Source: Mobula hypostoma
Lineage: Eukaryota
Assembly (NCBI RefSeq): GCF_963921235.1
Contig: NC_086097.1
Coordinates: 178,066,001 to 178,130,000, forward strand
Length of the DNA stretch: 64,000 bases
Direction of reading: 5' to 3'
The first letter of the stretch is position 1. Each line of letters starts with the position of its first letter. The notes under the pieces were generated by a model, which worked only from the letters and a program-made list of their open reading frames with translations, searched no databases and was not told the DNA's origin. Below, one piece after another: positions 41,361 to 53,190 of this stretch. The position numbers and the translations under genes are program-made.

Positions 41361-42375
41361 CATAACCACTCGAAATAAATGCTAACACTGCATTTACCTT
41401 CCTTACTGCCGACTCAACCTGTACCTTTATTCTTTCTACCAAGGTGCATAACTATTTACTTAACAGCATTGTATTCTGTCTGCTAGTTCTTTACCCATTC
41501 TCCCAATCTGTCTATGTCCTTCTGCAGACTGTCTGCTTTTGCAAGACTACGTGCCCCTCCACCCATCTTTGCAAATTTGGCCACAAAGCCATCTATTCCA
41601 TCATCCAAATCACTGACAACATAGTGTGAAAATAAGTGGTTCCAACGTCGTCCTCTGAGGAACACCACTGGTCACTAGCTAGTGTGGATGATGCAAGTGT
41701 AAACAATTTTCTAAATGGGGAGCAAATTCAGAAATCAGCTGTGCAAGGGGAGTTAGGAATCCTTGTGCAGAATTCCCTTAAGCTTAACTGTAGGTTGAGT
41801 CTGTGGTAAGGAAGGTAACTGCAATGTTAGCATTCATTTCAAGTGGACATGAAGAGGATGTTTTCAATAGTGGGAGGAGTCCAGGACCAGAGGGCACAGC
41901 CTCAGAATACAGGATGTCCCTTTAGAACAAAAATGAGGAGGAATTTCTTTAGCCAGAGGATGGTGAAAAGACCCCTTTAATCCAACTCTTTGTCTTCTGC
42001 CAGTTAGTCAATCTTCTATCCATGCTAGTATCTTTCCTGGAATACCGTGGGTTTTTGTTCAGCAGCCTTATGGGCAGCACCTTTTCAAAGGCCTTCTGGA
42101 AGTCCATAGAAACAACATCCACCCAATGCTCCTTTGTCTATCCTCCGTTATATCCTCAAATAATTCCAACAGATTTGCGAGGCAAGATTTTCCCTTTAGA
42201 AAACCATGCTGACTTTGGCCTATTTTATCATGCACCTCCAAGTACCCCGAAACTTCATTCTTAATAATGGATTCTAATTTCTTACCAACCTCTTAAAATC
42301 AGATTAACTGGCCTACAATTTCCTATCTTTTGCCTCTCTCCCTTCTTAACGAGTGGAGTGACGTTTGCAATATCA
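41050..42375 (-). mobile_element. Degenerate CR1 with an embedded inverted CR1 segment (about 41695-41967)
   Basis: Minus-strand CR1 (DLDDGIDGFVAKFA). An internal plus-strand piece mirrors 41249-41420. Confidence 0.75.
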
Positions 42376-44477
42376 TGACAACATCATAATATAATAGTAT
42401 GCATTTAACTACCAGTAGGATGTTTTATTTAATCCTAGTTTCATTTACTACTGTCAACAGTGATGCTTTAAAGGTGTAAAAGTACTAACAATTAAAAGGA
42501 AGAGAGGGGTTTAAAGGAAGCCGGAGAGAACTTCAGAGCCTAGTTGCTGAAACATTAGAAACCAATAGTGGTCAATTAAATCTGGGAGGAACAATGTTGC
42601 AAGCCAGAATTAGGAGATCAAAAGGGATCTTGGATGGTTACCTGACAGCAAAGAGACCAAGAAGCCACTTAAGTGACAAAGGTAAGAATATTAAAGTTGA
42701 GGAAACAGTGCATCTGAAATCCATGCAAGAAGGCAGGAGAGAGGCAATAAATGAGACATGATTGAATGGTAGAGCAGTCTCAATGGGCTGAATGGCCTGT
42801 TTCTGCACCTATATCTTATTGTTATAGAAAAGGTCCAAACCTCTTTACCAATCAAAATGGGAAAAGATTGTTAGGTTGCCTTAAAATTGAACAGTACATG
42901 TAATATTTGTTCTTTGCACATGGTTCAAGATGCCGTCATACAAACTTGTGAGGGTATGTACCCCCAGCCAATGTTCGTTAGTTCAAAAATTTTGCAGATG
43001 CTCACGAACTACACAGGACCAAATTTGTTGATCTGGATGGGTCAGAAGGAACATTGTGACAAAGACAGAAAAGAATACAAAGCACTGCAAATAAATTGTC
43101 ATCACTTTCAATCGTCATCGCAAATATTATTCAAAAAACTAATGCAAATTAGATTTCAAAGTATACTGAAAATAGATAGGCTAATACTAAAAAGTTCACT
43201 TTTCTTTCTTTTCCAAATCAGTTACATGGTTTTGCAATTACTTGAGAAATGGTGTGAAAATGAGAACAGTAGACAGGAGGGAGTCATGGAGAAGGGGAGA
43301 GAAATGCGACTCATTAATCAAGCACCTCAGGCATTTTGCTGTTTTTCCAGTCTCCAGAAACTTGCTCAAGGGGAGAAAGAAAGATCAAGCTACAGTCAGA
43401 GAAAAAGAGTCACAGAATATACCAGATGAAATCAGATCTTTCTACTCTGTTATTTCCTTTGCCAATTCCAACCATACAAGTTTAAAACTCAGTACATCTT
43501 ATGACCTTCCAAGTCTGATGAGAAAGAAATAAAAAAAAGTCAAAGTGTCAAATTAACTTTTGTCTGCAACTGTCCTTTAAAGAGACCTGCTTTTGGATAA
43601 TTCAAAAACAAGAGACAAATGATTGCAGCAAATCAAACTAACCATTTACAGAGGAAAAAATGAAGCCAGAACAGTTTTAAAGTGAAGAAAACATAAATAC
43701 TCAAACATTTTAAAAATAGTGTTTTTTTAAAAAGCACTGTTAGATTTTATGAACAGATCATTGGAAGAATTCAGTTTAAAGTAAATTAGCTTCCATTACA
43801 AGACCACTTTCAAAGCACTAACTCGAAGCTTGGAAAGAACCCAGAGATGCTACACTCACACCCTTGGGTATTAATCAACATCAGTTTGTGTTTGATGATA
43901 CACACTGTAGCTCACTATACTACTGACTGAAGGCTCTGCACTAGCATTTCAGAGTGTACTCAATGTGCACAACAAATTCTATACCTTTGGAAACATCACA
44001 AGCTTTGGAAATTTGATATGAGTGGTAGAAAACCTAAGCAGCAAAGAGGTACAAGGCAAGGTGCCGAAGAGATTTACAAGAATAAGACCAGAACCAAAGA
44101 GATTATGCTCCCAGCATTCGTGGTCAATACCAAACTCCTAAGAGTACTCTCTCATGATGTATAAAGTACAGCTGCCAATTTGAACACTTTAATTTTCTTT
44201 AAACCACAACACAACGTTGTCCAGGTAATTTTGTACTTTTTTTTTGACAGCAGGAGGATAAGAATCAGCATGATCCAAAGAACTCGCAACTGATTTATTC
44301 ACGTCTCTTTGCCACACTAATTTGCAGAGGGCGGAAAATGAAGTTTATCCACAGTAAATGAATTTGTTGGACCACCTCATTTCTAATGAATGCAGTTATG
44401 TTGGAACTCCTCTCAATCTACCAGGCTAGAACTTTCCTTTAAAAATTAAACTGTGCACACTGGGGCTTGACACCTAC

Positions 44478-44647
44478 CTATTTCTAAAGTTTTTTTCTGT
44501 AGGGATACAGAGGACAGGAATGTTTCTTCATTACAAGACCGGATTACATCACCCACCAACTCCGAATTTGTAGCAAGGATGCAGGTATTCTCTTCATTGA
44601 AGCTGACCCCAGCCATAGAGGCCACATCACTGATGTTGTTCTCAACC
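44478..44647 (-). CDS. TAF4B: TAF4B coding exon, 170 nt (start of CRII/histone fold)
   Basis: Acceptor tctgattctccag, donor G|gtaggt. Translates VENNISDVASMAGVSFNEENTCILATNSELVGDVIRSCNEETFLSSVSLQKKTLEI-G. EENxCILATNSELVG resembles TAF4B rather than TAF4 (EESARILATNSELVG). Confidence 0.95.
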
Positions 44648-44870
44648 CTGGAGAATCAGAATAACCATTTAGTAGTGAAGGGGGAACACAATTTACTAAG
44701 CATGTAGTAGACATCAGAACAATTTTGAAATTGACAGTGAAAATAAAATGAAATCAATTTGAAATACTGAAGGCCATTCAGCCCATCTAGTCTGTCTTGG
44801 AGTTTATACAGTCATGTCTCACCCTATCACCTCATTTTAGTTTTTCAGTACAGTTTTCTACCCCAGTAAC

Positions 44871-45288
44871 TTACTTACCTACTGCCCGTTACGCCTGCTG
44901 GCGTTTAAAGCAGCAGCCACCTTCCCTATTGTATCCCGGATGTGGCTCATTCTGTCTCTATGGTACAACACCAAGATGCCTTTGGTGTCCCGCATTTCCT
45001 CTGCCCTCCGGGAATCCACTGAACCATGCAAGTCCCGGGTAGAGAGAGGAAAACTGTAGCACAGATTCTCCACGACTGCTTCCATAACAGTTTTGTCTGA
45101 CCAGTAAAGGTATTTGTCCTGAGCTGACCCCCCAAACCTGGAAAACCAGTAGGTCACTCTTAGTCTGGCCGATTCCCTTTGACCTGTTGGCATGGGGGGC
45201 CCTGAATCCAGCCAGAATAGCTCCCTGGGTCATTGAGACACACACGCCTCCAAACCACAACAAGGTTGTGGTCCTCTTGGAGGACTCT
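44871..45288 (-). mobile_element. Short bipartite non-autonomous RTE derivative (RTE 5' UTR joined to an RTE-type 3' end)
   Basis: The minus strand starts gaccacaaccttgttgtggtttggaggcgtgtgtgtctcaatgacc...gagcta (RTE 5' UTR-like) and ends gcgtaacgggcagtaggtaagtaag. Possible TSD agtaac. Family assignment is from recalled consensus only. Confidence 0.55.
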
Positions 45289-45501
45289 AGTAACCTAGCA
45301 GATAGAGGCCTGCACTATTGATCCAGTCAGTGGTTCGAATCCCATTTCCAATCAGGAAATTAAGCAAATCTCGAACTAAAGGCTAGTCTCAGTGATGGCG
45401 ATTGGAAAAGTATGAGACTATTGCAGAATCATAGATGGATCATTAATTTCCTTCAACAAAGGAAATCTACTAGTCGGTAAAATACAATCCTAGACTCACC
45501 A

Positions 45502-45663
45502 ACAAAATATTCTGCAGATGCTGGAAATCCAAAGCAACATACACAAAATGCTGGAGGAACTCAGCAGATCAGGATCTGATGAAGGGTCTCAGCCTGAAAC
45601 ATCGAATGTTTATTTCTATAGAAGCTGCCTGACCTGCTGAGTTCCTCTAACATTTTGTGTGTT
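45502..45663. mobile_element. Older-subfamily Penelope pLTR foldback insertion
   Basis: A tail-bearing reverse arm (tattctgcagatgctggaaatcc...gaactcagcag) is joined to a forward arm (ctgatgaagggtctc...cattttgtgtgtt). 15-bp TSD atcct(a/g)gactcacca at 45487-45501 and 45664-45678. Confidence 0.8.
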
Positions 45664-47671
45664 ATCCTGGACTCACCACCTTGATCAACTAAGAGGCTGT
45701 TTGAAGAGACCCAGCAAACCAGTGTTCCAAGAGTAGCAAGGGATAGATAACTAATACCAGTGATACACACATGCCAATTAAAATTAGCCTTGTTGTTAAA
45801 GCAATCTCAATATCAGGGCAGCAGAGTAATAGTTAACACATCGCTTTACAGTACCAGCACCCCGGGGTTCGGTTCCTGTTATTGTTTGTACATTTTCCCC
45901 ATGATCACATGCTGCACTCTGAACGCTTCTGCTTCCCTCCACATTCCAAAGATGTATGGGTTGGTAGCTTAATTAGTCATGAGTGTGATTGTGAGGTGCA
46001 AACTCATTGGACCAAAAGAATCCACTACCATGCTATATTACACAATCAACTGTCATCAACCGGGATAGTATGTGCCACATATTCACGATGAGTAAAGACA
46101 ACTTGTTATTTCTCTATTCAATAGTAACAATCTTCTACTTAGAGTTAATATACATTGCTTTTCACTCAAGACAATGCTCTTAAATGATACTGGTTAAATG
46201 GCAAGTTTTGACCAGGACAGACCATAAAATCATGCCCATACAAGAGGTCTCAGACTGCGTGCTTCGAGGTTAGGTGATGGCAATGCTTTCCCCACTAATC
46301 TGACAGTTCCTTCAAGAAAATTTCACATTTTAAATGTACCAACTGACACACACCAAGGCTGTTCACAGAGTCCCAAGAGCAGTGGAGCTCAGAATGGCAC
46401 CCAGTTGATCTTGTAGACCCTGCCCTTTGCCAAATCAACAGTACCGGGAAGACAGGTATATAAAGAATCAGGATTATTATCACTGGCATGTGCTGTAAAA
46501 CTTGTTAACTTCGCAGAAGCAGTACAATACATGATAGTATAGAAAAAAATCAATTACAGTAAATAGAACACAGAAAATCTACAGCACAATACAGGCCCTT
46601 CGGCCCACAATGCTGTGCCGAACATATACTTACTTTAGAAATTTCCTAGGGTTACCCATAACCCTCTATTTTTCTAAGCTCCATGTACCTATCCAAGAGT
46701 CTCTCAAAAGACTCTATTGTATCTGCATCCACCACTGTCACCAGCAGCCCATTCCACACACTCCCTATTTTCTGCATAAAAAATTTACCCGACAAGCACC
46801 TTAAAACTGTGCCCTCTCGTGTTAGCCATTTCAGCCCTGGGAAAAAGCCTCTGACTATCCACAAGATCGTACCTCTCATCATCTGATACACCTCTACCAG
46901 GTCGCCTCTCATCCTCTGTCGCTCGAAGGAGAAAAGGCCAAGTTCACTCAACCTATTCTCATAGGGCATGCCCCCCAATCCAGACAACATCCTTGTAAAT
47001 CTCCTCTACACCCTTTTTATAGTTTCCACATCTTTCCTGTAGTGAGGTGACCAGAACTGAGCACAATACTCCAAGCGGGGTCTGATCAGGGTCCAATATA
47101 GCTGTAATATTACCTCTCGGCTCTTGAACTCAATCCCGCAGTTGATGAAGGCCAATACATTGTATGCCTTCTTAACCAGAGTCAACCTGTGCAGCAGCTT
47201 TGAGTGTCCTATGGACTCAGACTCCAAGATCCCTCTGATCCTTCACACTGCCAGGAGTCTTACATTAATAACTACATTCTGCCATCATATTTGACCTACC
47301 AACATGAACCACCTCACATTTATCTGGGCTGAACTCCATCTGCCACTTCTCAGCCCAGTTTTGCATCCTATCAATGTCCCGCTGTAACCTCTGACGGCCC
47401 TCCACACTATCCACAACACCCTCAACATTTGTGTCATCAGCAAATTTACTAACCCATCCCTCCACTTCCTCATCCAAGTCATTATAAAAAATCACAAAGA
47501 GAAGGGGGTCCCGGAACAGATCCCATTCAGAATATGACCCGTCTACAACCACTCTTTGTCTTCTGTGGGCAAGCCAATTCTAGATCCACAAAGCAAGGTC
47601 CCCTTGGATCCCATGCCTCCTTACTTTTTCAATAAACCTTGCATGGGGTACCTTATCAAATGCCTTGCTGA

Positions 47672-49294
47672 CTACTACTACTATGTCCACTCAGGCCTAG
47701 AGGGCTGGCGTTGGGCATGATGACAGACTCTCCACTTTTTCCTCTCCCTCATCAATGTGTTCAGCTCATCTACATTAGCTGAGCTGCTGTCTTCCAGGAG
47801 CATGTTGACCATACTCTTGGGAAGGCGCCCAGGGTTCATCCTCCCACAGTTGGGCTCCCATATGATGACTAGGCTGGCAGGTAGCTCGGGGTGGCATAGA
47901 CAGTGCCCCGGTAGTTGCAGTCTTCTCACCTCGATTTTAGAGGTGAGTAGGTCGTCATAGAGCTCGACGTTCATCATGCGCTGTTGCCAACTCACGTCAA
48001 GAGCCATCCGGAATATTCATGTACAGCAACCATCTAGAGACTTTCGCATAGTCTTGGTGAGTGTCCACATCTCACGTCCGTACATGACAATGGACTCTAT
48101 GACTGCTATGAAGATCCTCTTTTTAAGCCCTCTGGTCAGGTTCGACTTCCAGATTTCCTTCATGTCGTTCATAGCCCTCCACGCCAGCGCCTTCCGGATC
48201 TTTATGTCCTTCTCCGAACTCATCATTCTTGACCCAAGGTACTTGTAGTCAAAGACTTTCTTAGTGGTATCATTCTTTATGGTCTTGAGAGTACCTTCAT
48301 CATAGTTAAACGCCATGTACTCTATCTTTTTAGCGTTTAGGTGAAGTCCAACTTTATTGCACTCAATTTCCACTTTTATTAGTAGCTACTGCGCTTCCTC
48401 CATCTGGTCAGAGAGCAGGACTATGTCATCTCAAAATCGAGATCTGTGAGCGTAACTGGTCTGACCCTTTTGGTTCGTCCTGGTTTTATGATAAAACCAA
48501 GCTTGCCATGATCTTTGGTAGCTTGACGTAGAGCGTAATCAAGGACGATTATAAAGATGTAGGGTGCCAGAGTGTCTCCTTGCTGCACACCAGCTAGGAG
48601 CCCGAACACTGCTGTTTCTCCGTCTGGTGATACAACTTTTGCCATAGTTTTGGTATAGCTGGACTCTATTGCTCTCAGTAGACGGTCTGGCACTCGGTAA
48701 GCTTTCAGGATCTTCAGCATTTTACTTCAGTGAATGGAGTCAAAAGCTTTGCAAAAAAATCAATGCAAGTAAGCATGGCTGGTAGGTTGTTCTTCTTGAC
48801 TTCCTCGATGATTCTACGGAGAGCAAGTATTTGCATTACAGTTGTGCACTTCTGCCGAAAACCATTCTGATTGAATCTTAGCTTAGGGTCAATGGCAGTG
48901 TGAATCCCGTTCAAGATCATCCGATTGTATAGCTTTGCTAAGATGCAGGTCAAGCAGATACCGCGGTAGTTATCTGTCTTCGTGAGAGATCCAGACTTGG
49001 GGACTGGGATAATGTTTGAGTGTGACCACTGTTCTGGTTTGTTGCCTTTCATCAGTGCCGTATTACATATGTCCAGCAAGACGTTGTCCAGGTCGCAGTT
49101 TTTCAGGACATCCGGTGGTATCCCATCTGGTCCAGCGCTCCTGCCCTGTTTGAGTGCATATTTGGTCTTCTTCAGTTCCTCAATGGTGAATGGGCCGTCA
49201 TCGATGTTGACTTGCGTTAGTATCATGGGTATGTCTTCTTCTTCTTCCGTGATCGTTGGAGGGCTTCCCAGCAGGTTCTTAAGTGGGTAAACCA
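47672..49294 (-). mobile_element. 5'-truncated RTE-clade LINE nested in CR1
   Basis: RT motifs SAGPDGIP, DNYRGICL, NQNGFR, GVQQGDTLAPYIFIIVLDY and YKYLGS. (TAG)n tail at 47672-47683. Probable TSD ttgctga/ttgctaa (47665-47671, 49295-49301). Confidence 0.9.
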
Positions 49295-50342
49295 TTGCTA
49301 AAATCCATATACGCTACATCTACTTCATCAATGTGTTTAGTCACATCCTCAAAAAATTCAATCAGGCTCATAAAGCACAACCTGCCTTTGAAAAAGCTAT
49401 GCTGACTATTCCTAATCATTTATGCCCCTCCAAATTTCATAAATCCTGCCTCTCAGGATCTTCTCCATCAACCTACCAACCACTGAAGTAAGGCTCACTG
49501 GTCCATAATTTCCTAGGCTATCTCTACTCCCTTTCTTGAATAAAGGAACAACACCTGCAACTGCCAATCCTCCAGAACCTCTCCCATCTCCACTGACGAG
49601 GCAAAGATAATTGCCAGCTCAGCAATATCTCCCTTGCCTCCCACAGTAGCCTGGGCTACATCTCATCCAGTCCCAGTGACTCAACCAACTTGATGCTTTC
49701 CAAAAGCTCCAGCACATCCTCTTTCTTAATATCTATATGCTCAAGCTTTTCAGTCTGCTATAAGTCATCCCTACAATTGCGAAGGTTCTTTTCCGTAGTG
49801 AATACTGAAGCAAAGTATTCATTAAGTACCTCCACTACCTCCTCCAGTTCCATACCCACTTTTCTACTGTCACACTTGATAGGTCCTATTCTTTCACGTC
49901 TTATCTTCTTACTCTTCACATACTTGTAGAATGCCTTAGGGTTTTCCTTAATCCCGCTCGCCAAGGCTTTCTCATTGTCCCTTCTGGTTCTCCTAATTTC
50001 ATTCTTAAGCTCCTTCCTCCGAGCCTTATATTTTCTAGCTATCATTACCTAGTTTCTTGAACCTTTCGTAAGCATTTCTATTCTTCTTGACCAGATTTTC
50101 AACAGCCTTTGTACACCATGGTTCCTGCTCCCTACCATCCTTTCCCTGTCTCACTGGAATATACCTATGCAGAATGCCACACAAATATCCCCTGAACATT
50201 TGCCACATTTCTGCAGTGCATTTCCCTGTGAACATCTGTTCCAAATTTATGCTTCCAAGTTCCTGCCTGATAGCTTCATATTTACCCTAACTCCAATTAA
50301 ACGTCTCCCTAACTTGTCTGCTCCGATCCCTCTCCAATGCTA

Positions 50343-51110
50343 CGGCTGCGTGGTGTGCCGACAACAATCTGGCCCTTAACACCCAGAAGACCAAGGAGAT
50401 CATTGTGGACTTCAGGCATGCCAGGAGTCACACTCACGTCCCCATCTACATCAATGGAACTGTAGTGGAGCGTGTATCAAGCTTCAAATTCCTTGGTGTC
50501 CACATTTCCGAGGATCTCACTTGGCAATAGAGCCTTTATTTCCTGCGGAGCATGAAGAAAGCTCACCTTTGTCTCAGGATACTGACGGACTTTTACCGCT
50601 GTACCATTGAGAGCATACTCACCAACTGCATCTCAGCATGGTATGGCAATTGTCCCGTATCGGACCGCAAAGCACTCCAGCACGTGGTGAAAACTGCCCA
50701 GCGGATTATCGGCATCCAATTGCCCACCATTGAGAACATCTACCATAAACGCTGCCTGGGCAGGGCGAAAAGCATTATCAGGGATGCATCTCACCCTAAC
50801 CATGGACTTTTTACTCTCCTCCCATCCAGTAGGCGCTACAGGAGCCTCCACTCCCGCACCAGCAGGCACAGGAACAGCTTCTTCCCTGAGGCTGTGACAC
50901 TGCTGAACCTCTCATCACAGCGCTAAGCAGTATTGCATCCATATTGTACTGTCTCATGTACTTTTATATTTGTGTGCTGTAGCACTTTTTTTTATTCGCA
51001 GTTACTTTGTAAATAACACTATTCTTTGCATTTCTGGTCAGATGCTAAATGCATTTAATTGGTTTTGTATCTGTACTCGGCACAATGACAATAAAGTTGA
51101 ATCTAATCTA
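50343..51110 (+). mobile_element. Rex1/Babar LINE 3' fragment nested in CR1
   Basis: WCADNNLALNTQKTKEIIVDFR and FYRCTIESILTNCISAWYGN motifs. Tail gacaataaagttgaatctaatctaa. Confidence 0.88.
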
Positions 51111-52689
51111 AAGGATATAGCATTGTGATCACCATCTCCAAAATGCTCTTCCACTGAGAGACGTGACACCTGACCAGGTTCATTTCCCAATACCAGATCA
51201 AGTACAGACACTCCTCTTGTAGGCTTATCTACATATTGTGCCAAGAAACCTTCCTGAATACACCTAACAAACTCCACCCCATCTAAACCCCTCGTTCTAG
51301 GGAGATGTCAATCAATATTGGCAAAATTAAAACCTCCCACCATGACAACCCTGCTATTATTGCACCATTCCAGAATCTGTCTCCCTATCTGCTCCTCGAT
51401 GTCCCTGTTACTATTGGGTAGCTTATAAAAAACACCCAGTAGAGTTATTGATCCCTTCCTGTTCCTAACTTACACCCACAGAGAGACAATCCCTCCGTGA
51501 CTTCCTCCTTTTCTGCAGCCACGACACCATCTCTGATTAGTAGTGCCATGCCCCTGCCTCTTTTATACCCCCCTCCCTGTCCTTTCTGAAACATCTAAAG
51601 CCTGGCACTCTAAGTTGCCATTCCTGTCCCTGAGCCATCCAAGTCTCTGTAATGGCCACAACATCATAGCTCCAACTACTGATCCATGCTCCTCGCATTA
51701 AAATAGACACACTTCAAACCATCAGTCTGAGCGTGTCCATTCTCTATCACCTGTCTGTCCCCCCTCTCACACTGCCTACAAGCTTTCCCTATTTGTGAGC
51801 GAACCACCCCTTCCTCTATCTCTTCAGTTCGGCTCCCACCCCCCAGCAATTCTAGTTTAAACTCTCCCCAGTAGCCTTAGCAAACTTCTCTGCCAGGATA
51901 TTAGTGTCCCTTGGATTCAAGTGCAACCCATCCTTATTGTACAGGTCATGCCTGCCCCAAAAGAGGTTGCAATGATCCAGAAACCTGAATCCCTGCCCCC
52001 TGCTCCAATCTCCCAGCCACGCATTTATTCTCCACCTCACTCTATTCCTATACTCGCTGTCACGTGGCACCGGTAATAATCCTGAACTTACTACCCTTGT
52101 GGTCCGGCTTCTTAGCTTTTTTCCTAACTCCCTGTAGTCAGTTTTCAGGACCTCCTCCCTTTTCCTACCTATGTCGTTGGCACCATTATGTACCACGACC
52201 TCTGGCTGTTCACCTTCCCACTTCAGGATATTGCAGACGCGATCAAAAGCATCCTGGACCCTGGCGGCAAACTACCATCTGTGTTTCTTTCCTGCGTCCA
52301 CAGAAGTATATGTATATTTCATAATCAGATTAAAAATAGTGCAGAACAAAAATAAAATATGTTTTAAAAAGTGAGATAGTGTTCATGGGTTCAATGTCCA
52401 TTTAGCAAATTGGATAGCAGAGGGGCAGAAGATGTTCCTGAGTTGCCAAGTGTGTGTCTTAAGGCTTCTTTACTTCCATCCTGACAGCAAAAGTGAGAAG
52501 AGGGTATGCCCTGCGTAATGGGGGTCCTTAATAATGGACATAGCCTTTCTGAAGCACCGCTCCTTGAAGGTGTCTTGGAAACTACAACATCTTGGATACC
52601 ATAGCTGCAAATCCTCTTATTGCTCAGGATGGACTCACATTTTAGTAAGGAACATGCAATCCCAGTTGTTTATTCTGTGAAGTATATGG

Positions 52690-53190
52690 AGTATTATTAT
52701 GGATTATTGTGAGCAGTTTTGAGCCCCTTATTTAAGAAAGGATGGTTCTGACATTGGAGAGAAGGATGTTAAGAGAATGATTCCAAGATTGAAAGCCTTA
52801 TTATATGAGGAGCAATTGATGGTTCTGGGGCTTACTTGCTGGAATTTAGAAGAATGAGTGGGGATCTCATTGAAACCTATCAAATGTTGAAAGGCCTTGT
52901 TAGAGTAGATGTGGAGACCTATCGTGGGGGAGTTCAGGACCAGAGGGCACAACCTCAGAATAGAGAGACGTCCATTTAGAATGGAAATGAGGAGGAACTT
53001 CTTTCCCCAGAGGATGGAGAATCCGTGGAATTTGTTGCCATAGGTGGCTATGGAGGCCAAGTCATTGGGTGTATTTAAGGCTAAGGATGATAGGTTCTTG
53101 ATTGGTCAGACGTGAAAGGTTATGGGGAGAGGGCAGGAGAATAGGGTTGAGAGGGAAATGCATCAGCCACGCTGAAATGGCAGAGCAATA
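52690..53190 (+). mobile_element. CR1 3' fragment
   Basis: ggggatctcattgaaacctat...gaggaggaacttcttt, typical of the CR1 ORF2 end. Confidence 0.75.

Larger units (their letters stand above)
46563..52300 (-). mobile_element. Long CR1 LINE (ORF1 esterase to 3' tail) carrying nested RTE and Rex1 insertions
   Basis: ORF1 esterase at 51852..52196 (VHNGANDIG...DGLHLN). ORF2 fragments at 51038.., 50035.., 49758.., 47265.. (KFADDT), 47006.. and 46652... 3' tail at about 46563. Confidence 0.92.

Noticed and set aside
42887..43429. 180-aa plus-strand ORF
   Set aside because: No recognisable motif, AT-rich intronic composition and a non-ATG start. Probably a chance ORF.
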